Below are positions 22,800-32,422 of a stretch of 32,422 nucleotides of DNA, piece by piece; the stretch's first letter is position 1; the number at the start of each line of letters is the position of its first letter. The stretch covers positions 143,813,867 to 143,846,288 of the forward strand of contig NC_068981.1 of assembly GCF_001194135.2 (NCBI RefSeq), read 5' to 3'. Below the pieces are notes generated by a model. The model searched no databases. It saw only the letters and a list, made by a program, of their open reading frames with translations, and was not told the origin of the DNA. Position numbers and translations under genes: made by a program. The DNA comes from Octopus bimaculoides (lineage: Eukaryota).

Positions 22800-24420
22800 T
22801 TTGTTCATACTCTTGTACTTAATAATTTCCTTCAGTTCAAACATGTCGTCTTTCCTAGTAAATAATGTCAAAGCCTAGCTATCGACCTTTCATTTCTAGG
22901 TCAAGTGAAGAAACGATTTTTTTTTCTAATGTGACCTAATGTCCCAAACTATCCTTTCATTTTCGCAAAGTGCATTATTTCGCCTATTAGTTTAGCCAAT
23001 ACTTGCACAAACTCTAACGCATCATTACTTGCACACAAATGTTATTCCTTTCTGAGATATAAATCGTTCAACGCATCTCTGTTGTTAAGTTACGCCGTTT
23101 ATCTCTGTTGCGTTCTGGCAGTTGGTATACGCGATTATAAAGATACTACTCTCCCAAGATTCAAACATCCTTACCTGAATATCAGTAAATAAAATACTTG
23201 CATTTTCCCACTCATGTTCTGCATAGCTCCAAATTAATCAGCTGTCTATACAATTTTCCTAGTTTCTCCTACCACTAGAATTTTTCTCCGAGTTACTATC
23301 ATCAGAATTTCTTCGATTCTTCTATATCCTGCATTGCGGTAATCCTCCTCACCTCTACCATATGTCGTCATTTTCTATGACGTAATTGTATAACATATTT
23401 ACAGCACAACGTTTACTACACTGAACTATCAGTTAGCATTTTCATTTTCCCTTACCCTAACCACTTCTGCAAACATTCTTAACTATATACTCACATTCAG
23501 GCTCGAAATTTTCAGTCAACCTCATATATTCTGGCCAGCAAAAGTTTATCAATTCAGAGCTATACTTGTCCTACACTAACTACTCTTAACGAAATATATG
23601 AACTACTACAGACCTGTTCGAGACAATGAGAGCTTGGCTGATACCACATCTTCGGTATACATCTCTATATCTTTCATACAGCTAACAATCTACAACCCAA
23701 ATCCTAATTAATTGAATGACATGTTCAAGCAAGCTGTAAATGCTGCTAATAAAGTCATGAGAAAGTCCATCAACCAATAACAATGTTAGAGGCATCTATA
23801 TCTCTCGTATGAACATCATCCAAGCAGACAATGCCTGCATCCATAACACGCCCTGCAAGCTTCTAGTCTCCAGATTTCTTGCAGAGCTTGTAGTCCTTTA
23901 CCGTGATGGTCTCTACAACTTTACATTAACTCCAACCAACTCAGGTCATTTTTGTACACAGTATTTCTCTTGGTAAGGTCATTACAATTACTGCCTACTT
24001 GCTTCTGACTTCACACTAGTATTCCACAAATAATATCTTCGAAACTTTTAAGGCGGTGAGCTGACAAAACGTTAGCGCGCCGGGCGAAATGCTTAGCGGT
24101 ATTTCGTCTGTCTTTACCTTTTTAGTTCAAATTCCGCCAAGGTCGACTTTGCCTTTCATCCTTTCAGGGTCGAGAAATTAAGTACCAGTTGCGTACTGGG
24201 TCGATCTAATCGACTGGCCCCCTCCCTCAAAATTTCGGGCCTTGTGGAGTAGAAAAGAATATCTTCCAAACTTTTGAATTCCTCTCCACTTTTCAACCTG
24301 CCTCATTTAAAGTACACAAATCACCAAATGTTTGATCGTCTTCAACTAAGTTAACCCATCAACCCTTCTCTCTTTGTAAGACTTCTCAGTCTTTCGTTTT
24401 AAACAACTCCTTATGACAGT
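22800..24420 (-). mobile_element. Possible very decayed LINE remnant (RTE-like), interrupted by a family C SINE
   Basis: The minus strand is purine-rich with faint RT-like peptides (GRGEEDYRNAGYRRIEEI, FGAMQNMSGKMQVFYL, LFTRKDDM). Motif spacing fits poorly and stops are frequent. Confidence 0.3.
24050..24257 (+). mobile_element. tRNA-derived SINE, family C
   Basis: Head AAGGCGGTGAGCTGACAAAACGTTAGCGCGCCGGGCGAAATGC, B-box-like GTTCAAATTCC. 18-nt TSD AATATCTTC(G/C)AAACTTTT at 24032-24049 and 24258-24275. Confidence 0.92.
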
Positions 24421-24574
24421 CTAATGGAACATATGACAGTATGTTTCACTATCAAGAAGTTAACCCCTTTGACCTTGACAAACAATGATCTATCACTATT
24501 AAGCCACAAATACCTGGGAGAAAGCCACAAACATCACATTGTTCATATGTTTGCATGCATGTGTATATATGCAT

Positions 24575-24601
24575 ATAGGTATGTGTATGCCTATTTATAT
24601 G

Positions 24602-24663
<62 letters not shown>
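24575..24663. repeat. (GT)n microsatellite; further TA/TG low complexity at 25560-25825
   Basis: Directly visible. Confidence 0.85.
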
Positions 24664-24664
<1 letters not shown>

Positions 24665-24966
24665 AAATGGACGCATGTATGTTTGTACGTATGAGTGATT
24701 ATATTTACAAGTGACAACGGGTGTATGAGAATATTTGCGCGTACCTGATAGGTAAACATCTGAAAGTTTAGTCATTTCACTAAAGAGTTTCCACATTTCA
24801 TTATTAGTACCATACTAAAAGCTTGTCACAAAAATATTTCTAAGTAAATAAAAGTACCATTATTTCATTCGCATCATCTACATAAAATGTAGCATTTTTA
24901 TACTGGCACGACGTGAGCGCGTTTCACTGCAGGCTGCAAATTAGCAATAGAATATTCTTAAAATTT

Positions 24967-25177
24967 AAGGCAGTTAGCTGGCAGAAACGTTAGCACGCCG
25001 GGAGAAATGCTTAGCGATATTTCGTGTGTCTTTACGTTCTGAGTTCAAATTCTGCCGTACTCGACTTTGCCTTTCTTCCTTTCAAGGTCGATAAATTAAG
25101 TACCAGTTGCGTACTAGGTTGAACTAATTGACTGGCCTCCTCCCCCAAAATTTCGGGCATTGTGCCTAGAGTAGAAA
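24967..25177 (+). mobile_element. tRNA-derived SINE, family C
   Basis: Colinear with 24050-24257. Flanking direct repeat AGAATATTCTTA at 24949-24960 and 25178-25189. Confidence 0.92.
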
Positions 25178-25580
25178 AGAATATTCTTATAACTAACAAA
25201 ATTGTCAGAGCTGCATTTATGATTAACAGTGAACTGCTGGAGACTTTCACGCCATATTTTAATTTGATATAATTATTAGTGTCATTGCTGTTCATCTTAG
25301 GATGTCCATTCAGTGGTTGTGTTTATTTATCAGTTTTATTGTTGTGGTTCGGCACTGTTGTTCATTGGGCTTTTCTCGAGAGCAGTTGTTCTCAACCTGC
25401 GTGATAGTACACTCTTTGAGTGTCTGAGGCAGCAAGGGGCAACAAATGTCAATGGATGTGTACTGTTTGTGTGTTTATAGTCCGGTAATGCTATCAAGTG
25501 TTATATTTTCTTATGCGGTATTGTTTTATGCAAAGTATTATAATGCTCTGCCATTAAGCATATATGTGCGTTTAGGCATG

Positions 25581-25615
<35 letters not shown>

Positions 25616-26144
25616 TTCTACGCATGCATGCACATATATGTATACATGTGCATATATTTGTGTGCATAAATATATGTATATATGATAGATCCCCACGACA
25701 CACATAAATACACGCATATATATGAGGTCGGGTCTGTATGCATATCTGTATTTGTTTTTAATATTCAATACATACATATACATCTATATAATTGTATACA
25801 TTCATATATGTATATATGTATATAAAAGGTTATCTGGCAATGTGCAATTTACTCGCTATAGATAAGAGTCAACGTGATACGTGACAAACAATAAACCTGC
25901 ACCAATTTCTTTTTGGTGATAACAAGAGGTACAAGATATGCTGTGTATGTGACACCATTTTATCTCTTGCCTTCGCTTCAGTTTATTTTCTATTTATTGG
26001 CGATGGGTTAATATTTTTATTATGATTATTATCATTATCAGACATTATTATTATTAGTAGTATTTGTTGTAGAAGAGTAGAAATGAATATTATTACTTAT
26101 TATTGTTGTTGCTGTTGTTATAGCAGTAATTATTGCTTTTTTTT

Positions 26145-27630
26145 TCAGTAGCCTTATTTTCATTGCGTGCTTTCACTGTTTAACAAAGCACAACTTTCTG
26201 AAACTTGAGAATATGCGTTGTTTTGGTTTGGTTATGTTATTTCTATTCTATTGGAATTACTGTCTTTAATACATATGTACGTGTTAATACATATGTACGT
26301 GTTAGCAGTGTTCTTGTGTATTACATATGAAGTGCATATCTGATAGCCCTCGCGCCTGGTTACGTATTTGTCTGCATGTGTCTTAATTATTTTAAGGCAC
26401 CTCTTATAAAAGTGCTATTACTGATTTTAGATCTCCTTTCTGGTGATCTTAATTTCAAAAGTTTTGTATCTAGATAATTTCCTCATTTCTTTTCTGCTTA
26501 TATTATCGATCATCCTTTTCAACTGAAACTTAGATTACGAGGCCCTTCATTTCTTTCCAGTTCGAAAGAACAATGTCTACTTGACTATCTAGATTTATCT
26601 GGCTGTATTTATTGAAATGTGGAGGCGCAATGGTCCAGTGATTAGGGCAGCGGACTCGCGGTCATAGGATCGCGGTTTCGATTCCCAGACCGGGCGTTGT
26701 GAGTGTTTATTGGGCGAAAATACCTAAAGCTCCACGAGGCTCCGGCAGGGGATGGTGGCGAACCCTGCTGTACCCTTCCACCACAACTTTCTCTCACTCT
26801 TTCTTCCTGTTTCTGTTGTACCTGTATTTCAAAGGGCCAGCCTTGTCACACTGTGTCACGCTGAATATCTCCGAGAACTACGTTAAGGGTACACGTGTCT
26901 GTGGAGTGCTTAGCCACTTGCACGTTAATTTCACGAGCAGGCTGTTCCGTTGATCGACGTTGTAATCGACGGAGTGCCAACAATTTATTGAAATATTCTA
27001 GAATATGGTCCTATCGTCATTCTCCAAGATATTGTGTATCATGTATTTTATATTACCAAGTTTCGTTTAGTATTTCATTATATTTGCATAATTTCCTAGT
27101 TATGAAACCCTCAGCTATATCTTTGTCTGGATATATATTCTTTCCGGAACCAAGATTGTTCAACCAATGACAATGCAGTTAATTGATTCTTCCCAAACTC
27201 TACAAAAATTGAAATTACTCAAAGTACTCGTTTCCTTTCATGCTTTCGGTGATTCCAGTTGAGATCGCCTTGAACCTCTATCGCACTCACGAAACTATGA
27301 ATCTCGCTTTAAAATCCTGCACTTCTTTTTTTTCTTACGCTTGTTTGTTTTTTTAATTTTCCTTCTTGTTAGAACTGAAATTTTTCGTTATCTATCTCCA
27401 GCTTTTACAGTCTCTTTTGTTTAGCCACCATGTATATTTCTTTACTTGCCATTATTTTAGCATGGTAATAGATAGTTTTAGTTTTATCTCGGATGTGAGC
27501 TTTTGTATGATTTAATTAGTTTCTCTATTCTTTTTGTAAGTGTTTGTTATTCTGGGTTCTGTTTCAATCTGATGGATTCTTTGAAAACAGAAAACAGTTA
27601 ATATTTTTCTTAGTTTTAATCATCTTTTGA
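26145..27630 (-). mobile_element. Old, heavily decayed R4/Dong LINE 3' part, interrupted by a family A SINE
   Basis: The 3' UTR CAGTAGCCTTATTTTCATTGCGTGCTTTCACT matches 29370-29403. Translation remnants: SAGF*SEIHSFVSAI, CRVWEESINCIVIG, KEYISRQ, RKLCKY, NILENDDRTIF*NISINTAR, VDIVL...GLVI*VSV, SRYKTFEIKITR, KIIKTHADKYVT. An 18-nt tandem duplication lies at 26266-26301. Confidence 0.75.
26619..26982 (+). mobile_element. Near-full-length tRNA(Arg)-like SINE, family A
   Basis: A and B boxes present, with a TCG anticodon-like position in GGACTCGCGGTC. Perfect 12-nt TSD ATTTATTGAAAT at 26607-26618 and 26983-26994. 18-nt deletion relative to the 1611-1836 copy. Confidence 0.95.
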
Positions 27631-27641
27631 AGTTGTCGTCG

Positions 27642-27644
<3 letters not shown>

Positions 27645-27692
<48 letters not shown>
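27645..27692. repeat. (TTA)n tract
   Basis: Directly visible, between the old Dong and a family C SINE. Confidence 0.95.
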
Positions 27693-27693
<1 letters not shown>

Positions 27694-27909
27694 AAGGCTA
27701 CGAGCTGGCAGAATTGTTAGCACACAGGGCGAAATGCTTAGCAGTATTTCGCCCGTCTGAGTTCAAATTCCGCCGAAGTCAACTTTGTCTTTCATCGTTT
27801 CGGAGTCGATAACTTAAGTACAAGTCAAGTACTGGGCTGGATGTGATCGACTTACCCACTCACCCAAAATTTCAGGCCTTGTACCTACAATAGAAAGGAT
27901 TATTATTAT
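27694..27909 (+). mobile_element. Family C SINE with (TTA)n tail
   Basis: AAGGCTACGAGCTGGCAGAATTGTTAGCAC head, GAGTTCAAATTCCGCC, ends AGAAAGGATTATTATTAT. Confidence 0.88.
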
Positions 27910-28039
27910 CATGTGATGAAAACTCACGGCTTATTTTGCTGGGTATGACAGAAAGTGTCAGCTGTTCACAGCCAGTGGACTAAGGTAACACTTGTTTACT
28001 GGTCATGTTTCACGCACTCTTCGAAGACTTCTTGCAGTT

Positions 28040-28610
28040 CCAAACAATACTGAATCACCATGTTTACTTATTTACTCCAATTACGTCTTGTAGCATGACT
28101 AGCAGTAGCTGGATTACGACAGGGCCCACCCTGCTGCACATTGGGGCACCTGCCGGGTGCGGTACCTTCACCATTGTTTCCATTCCTGTTCACACCGTTA
28201 TCGACATTGATTTTGCTTGGCATTTTTACTCACAAATGAGGTGTGTTTTTAAGTTAGTTACTACCAGCCAGTTCTTTTTTTTTATCGGGACACCATCCTT
28301 ATCAAGGTACTCCGCCAAGGCGGCAGGGGCTTTGCTCCCCTGGTTTTGAACTCAGAGTGATCCTTCTCCTAGGCTGCTTGCCATCCAAGGCTAACAAGTA
28401 CAGCCTATCCGGAGCACTGGCTATCTCGAGGCGCCAACTACTCACCTTTTCCTACTATTTCCTTGTTGGTTTGGTGAAGGAGTCGGACTTGACTGTCAGG
28501 GGATATGTCTTACGCAGGCCATTGGGGAATTTTATAAATGATGGACGCTCAAATCTCTTCATCACCCAAGCATTGACAGAAAGAAAAAAAAAGTTACAGA
28601 AAGAGAGAGA
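28040..28610 (-). mobile_element. 5' end of an R4/Dong-like LINE: structured 5' UTR plus ORF N-terminus
   Basis: ATG at 28223 reads MPSKINVDNGVNRNGNNGEGTAPGRCPNVQQGGPCRNPATASHATRRNWSK*VNMVIQYCL. The end resembles the RxKWxxExNxxVMxCY motif at the R4/Dong N-terminus. The upstream GC-rich leader contains GGCAAGCAGCCTAGGAGAAGGATCACTCTGAGTTCAAAACC, which I recall from non-LTR 5' UTRs. Confidence 0.65.
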
Positions 28611-28617
28611 AGAAACA

Positions 28618-28750
<133 letters not shown>

Positions 28751-28751
28751 A

Positions 28752-28943
28752 CCGCTGAACGAAGTGCTTAGCGGTATTTCGCTCTTCTCTACGTTGAGTT
28801 CAAATTCCGCATTTCGACTTTGCCTTTCATCCTTTCGGGGTCGATTAAGCAAGTGCCAGTTACGCACTGGGTTCATTGTAATCGACTTAATCTTTTCCTC
28901 TAAATTTGAGGCCTTGTGCTTCTTTGAGCTTCCTGCAGAAAGA
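28752..28943 (+). mobile_element. 5'-truncated family C SINE, followed by (TTA)n at 28944-28979
   Basis: GCTTAGCGGTATTTCG, GAGTTCAAATTCCGC, CGACTTTGCCTTTCATCCTTTCGGGGTCGAT. Confidence 0.85.
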
Positions 28944-28979
<36 letters not shown>

Positions 28980-29290
28980 TTATACTTGACTTTTGCTTTA
29001 CATTTGTACAAGTTGACTCCAAGTCTGACCCAGAGACCTAGAGAGAGACAACAAGTTAGAAGTTCACGTTGGTGTTATGCCTAGGGTGCCATATATTTGG
29101 TTCTGTACATAGTGTTGTTCTAGAGAATGCTTAAGAAACCGTAAGAAAATTATGTTTGTTTTAAAATTTGAGATTACATAGAAAGTATATTGCGTAGGAT
29201 ATAGGCAGTTCCCATGAGCACTATCTTTTGAATTTCTGCCATTTTGGGATTTCCTGGTATCTGAGCTAGGTAGCAATCAGCCCTTTTTGC
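28980..29290 (-). mobile_element. R4/Dong LINE 3' end, family C-term type 3
   Basis: Open frame AKRADCYLAQIPGNPKMAEIQKIVLMGTAYILRNILSM* (stop at 29174-29176), then about 195 nt of 3' UTR ending in the (TAA)n tract. Confidence 0.85.

Positions 29291-29369
<79 letters not shown>
29291..29369. repeat. (TTA)n tract
   Basis: Directly visible, separating two Dong 3' ends. Confidence 0.95.
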
Positions 29370-29553
29370 TAGTAGTTTTATTTTTATAACGTGCTTTCAC
29401 TTCACTACCGAGCGCAGCTCTGTGTGCCTTGGGTATGTGCTGTGGTTTGCTGTGATGCTCTTATGGTTACTGTATTGAAAGTGTTTTGCGTAGGATGTGT
29501 GCAGTGCCCAGTAGTGCAATCTTCTGTATGTTGTATATATTTGTAAGTCCTGC
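29370..29553 (-). mobile_element. R4/Dong LINE 3' end, family C-term type 2
   Basis: Open frame GLTNIYNIQKIALLGTAHILRKTLSIQ* (stop at 29467-29469), then about 95 nt of 3' UTR ending in (TAA)n. Same 3' UTR family as 26145-26250. Confidence 0.88.
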
Positions 29554-29555
29554 TC

Positions 29556-32341
29556 TTTATCATTTGTTTTGTTGGAGTTTCTGGAGTCTTGCAGTGCCTA
29601 GCGGGCTTACTACCTGAAGCCTACGGTACCATGTATTGATTCTTTTCAGCTATCTAAGACTTCCCTGATTATTCTGGTTGTACCAAGGAGGCAAAACTTT
29701 TGTAACAGTTCTACTGGGCACTCTATTCCAATTTCCTTTATATTCCTCTTGATGACTTCTGATACTGTTTGTTCCCAAGGACCCAACAATAATTGGCACT
29801 ATCTTCACCTTCATTTTCCATTGCCGGGCTATTTCGTACTTAAGAGGGTTGTATCTATCCACTTTTTCGCCTTTGTAAGTTAAAGGGGCATGCAGCGCCA
29901 ATTATATAACATGTGGTGCACCTTATCCAACACCACTGTTATGCTCTATCACCTGCTCTGCTCTAACACGGTCCGTTATGCTCTATCACCTGATCTCTTT
30001 GGATTCTGCTAGTCTCCGACTCTGTCACTCTCTGCAGTTTGTACTCATACTACGTCTTGCTTCTCTCTAGCCCTCACCTTCGCACAGTTCCTAATGTAAC
30101 GCTTTGGCTACCTGGTCGTGTCGCCACTACTTGTAGTGGTTTCGTGCAAGCCGAGAGCATTCGTTCGTGATATGAGCAATGGTTTCATTCACTCTGTTAC
30201 TGATGCATCACAGCGGAGACACTCGCTCATTCCTAACGTTGACTCTCCAGTTCGTGGCCAGAGCTTGGTCCTGCGCTGCCAGTTTAGTGCTCTCGGCTTC
30301 TTTCTTTTAGAGTTCATTTCATCAGCCAATCCCTCCTATTTTTTCCAGCAACTTCTCTTGTGGTTTCTTGGAATTGATTGTGTAGTCCCTTCTTGCGTAA
30401 TTCCTTTTTATATCCTTTTAGTACCTCTTCCTTTGTTTTCCCTTTTTTTCTGCTGTCAATACTCCTCGTTCCTAACTGTTATTAGCAAGGTTTCCTTACT
30501 TTGGGTTAGGTATCTCATTAAGCTCTCGATTTCGTTACGCACGCAGTCTTCCATATTTATCAGTCCCCTTCCTCCATTTGCATTCTTCACGTAGAGGCGA
30601 TCAGTGTCTGCACATGGATGATGGGCTCCATGCATCGTTAGGAGCTTTCTTGACTTCCTGTCCATGTCCTTCAGCTCCTCCACTGTCCACTTCAGGATTC
30701 CAGCGCCATACCGAACTATTGCGACTGCGCGCGAGTTTATTGCCGAAATTGTGTTTCTGGCATTCAACTTTGAAGCCAATATTTTTCTCACTCGCCACAG
30801 GAAATCTGTGTTTGTCTTTTCCTTCATGTCATCGTGTTTGATTCCCGGGTATTTATAATGGGATTGAGGTTGAATCGCCTTCATTATTTCACCACTTGGT
30901 AACCTTATACCGTCTGCCCTAGCAAACTTCCATCGTCTCATCACAATCGTAGCACATTTTGTGAGTCCAAACTCCATCTTAATATCATTGGAGAAAAATC
31001 CGCACACACTGGACTAGGCTGTCCAGTTATGCCTTACTTTTCGTGAATAGTTTCAGGTCGTCCATGAATAGCAATTGGTTTAATTTTCCCTTATCTCTTC
31101 CCATATCATACTCCAACTTTGTTATCTGTTGTATTTCACTCAATGGGATCATTCCCAACACGAACATCAATGGGGACACACTATCCCCCAGGAAGATTCC
31201 TCTCTTGATTTTCACATCTCCTAGTACTTGCTTCTTTGCTGTCAATTCTGTTCTCCAGTATTTCATGCTATTCCCTATAAGGCTTCTCATATTCTCTGCT
31301 ACTTTATACATTTCCATTGTTCTTATTATCCGGGAGTGTGGTATCGTACCGTATGCTTTGTGATAGTCGACCCATGCCATGCTTAGCTTTGTATGTCTTC
31401 TCTTGCAGTTCCTGGGAATTAGGTTACCAATTAAGAGCTGATCCTTCGTTCCCCGGCACCTCTTTCGGCACCCTTTCTGTTCAATAGGTAGCAGCCCACT
31501 GTTTTCCAGGTATCTATACAGTTCACTAGCCAAAGCAACTAACATCAATTTCCACATTAGTGGAATGCATGTTATTGGTCCAAAGTTGGATGCAACATTT
31601 CCTTTTTCAGGATCCTTGACACATAACAATGTCTTTCCCTTTGTCTTCTAGCTGAGTACTTCACCTTTTCTGCAAGCACTATTCTAGCTGTTATACTATC
31701 CTTTCACGGAGCCCTCTCAGCTTCTTCATCAAATAACCTTGAACCCTATCCGGTCTCTTCCAATTTGGGAATTTTCTTAACTGCATTTTTATCATTTCTG
31801 TAGTTATCTTTATGGCTTCTTGGACCTCTATATTTCTTAACTTGTTTTGGATTTCATGCAGCCACTGCGCTTCAACATTATGCTTTACAGATTGGTCCTA
31901 GATCCCTCCGCAGATTGCCTTGCTTTCCTCTGCATCTGGTATCATTGTTACGTGTAATTGCCCATCTAGTTCCTGAAACAGTTTCTTCTGATATGCTTCA
32001 AACAATCTGTTTTGCCTGTCCTGTTTTTTTTTTTTCTATTGTCATATCTTTTCCAGTTTTGCTTTGATTGTTATTACTCTTTGTTTCAATTCTTCCAATA
32101 TCACATCATACCATTTATCTCCTATTCTATATGTTCTTTCTGGCATTATTCTTATGCTTTCGTTCTGCAATTTCTGTCTTCTCAATCTATCAACTTGTCC
32201 TAAATGTCTTTTTAACTTTGTTTGTCTCTCACAAATGCGTCTACGCCAGTATGGTTCTTTACCTTCTGTTCGTTCTTTTCTTTTGTATCCAACTCTATCT
32301 GCAGCTACTATAGCTGCAGCCTAAATAATCTTGCTAGTTTC
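29556..32341 (-). mobile_element. 5'-truncated, inactivated R4/Dong-clade non-LTR retrotransposon (RT, CCHC, RLE), family C-term type 1
   Basis: [49 protein letters not shown]...[42 protein letters not shown] (31057-31068), FGLTKCA, YKYPGI, DRLYVKNANGGRGL, AAQDQAL, ETIAHITNEC, RHDQVA, EKVDRY, VPIIVGSLG, QKFCLLGTTRIIREVLDS* (stop at 29646-29648). Many stops and frameshifts. Confidence 0.95.

Positions 32342-32405
<64 letters not shown>
32342..32405. repeat. (TTA)n tract at the 5' junction of the long Dong element
   Basis: Directly visible. Confidence 0.95.
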
Positions 32406-32422
32406 TTATGTTTGACTTTTGT

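Noticed and set aside
25383-25400. CAGTTGTTCTCAACC, similar to a hAT-Charlie terminus
   Set aside because: No partner terminus or 8-bp TSD was found.
28484-28500. TGACAGTC in element sense, identical to the hairpin-ribozyme substrate core, with AGAA downstream
   Set aside because: The required flanking helices around AGAA do not pair.

Overview
Eukaryotic, AT-rich, repeat-dominated scaffold window with seven assembly gaps (3,739 N, about 11.5%). The tRNA-derived SINE families, very high microsatellite density and abundant R4/Dong LINE relics point to a coleoid cephalopod, most likely Octopus (inference from recalled repeat families, not from a search). No host protein-coding gene could be recognised; almost all listed ORFs are microsatellite or gap artefacts. 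Supported content: (1) six pieces of RLE-type non-LTR retrotransposons of the R4/Dong clade, all on the minus strand, from at least four families. Five of them are piled up between (TTA)n tracts at 26.1-32.4 kb, including three different ORF C-termini stacked head to tail and one 5'-UTR/N-terminal fragment with a structured leader. (2) An internally deleted mariner with both TIRs and TA duplications (7617-8493). (3) About 13 SINE copies of three tRNA-derived families, four with visible target-site duplications, one of them a head/tail chimera. (4) Interlocked inverted repeats at 17.2-18.5 kb. (5) A hammerhead-ribozyme-like motif at 21.64-21.76 kb. (6) A candidate promoter/first-exon region at 12.1-12.9 kb with strong splice donors pointing outward. 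All alignments and translations were done by eye. No CRISPR, rRNA or true tRNA gene was found. I found no clearly new biological system; the Dong pile-up and the RNA-structure candidates are the best leads.
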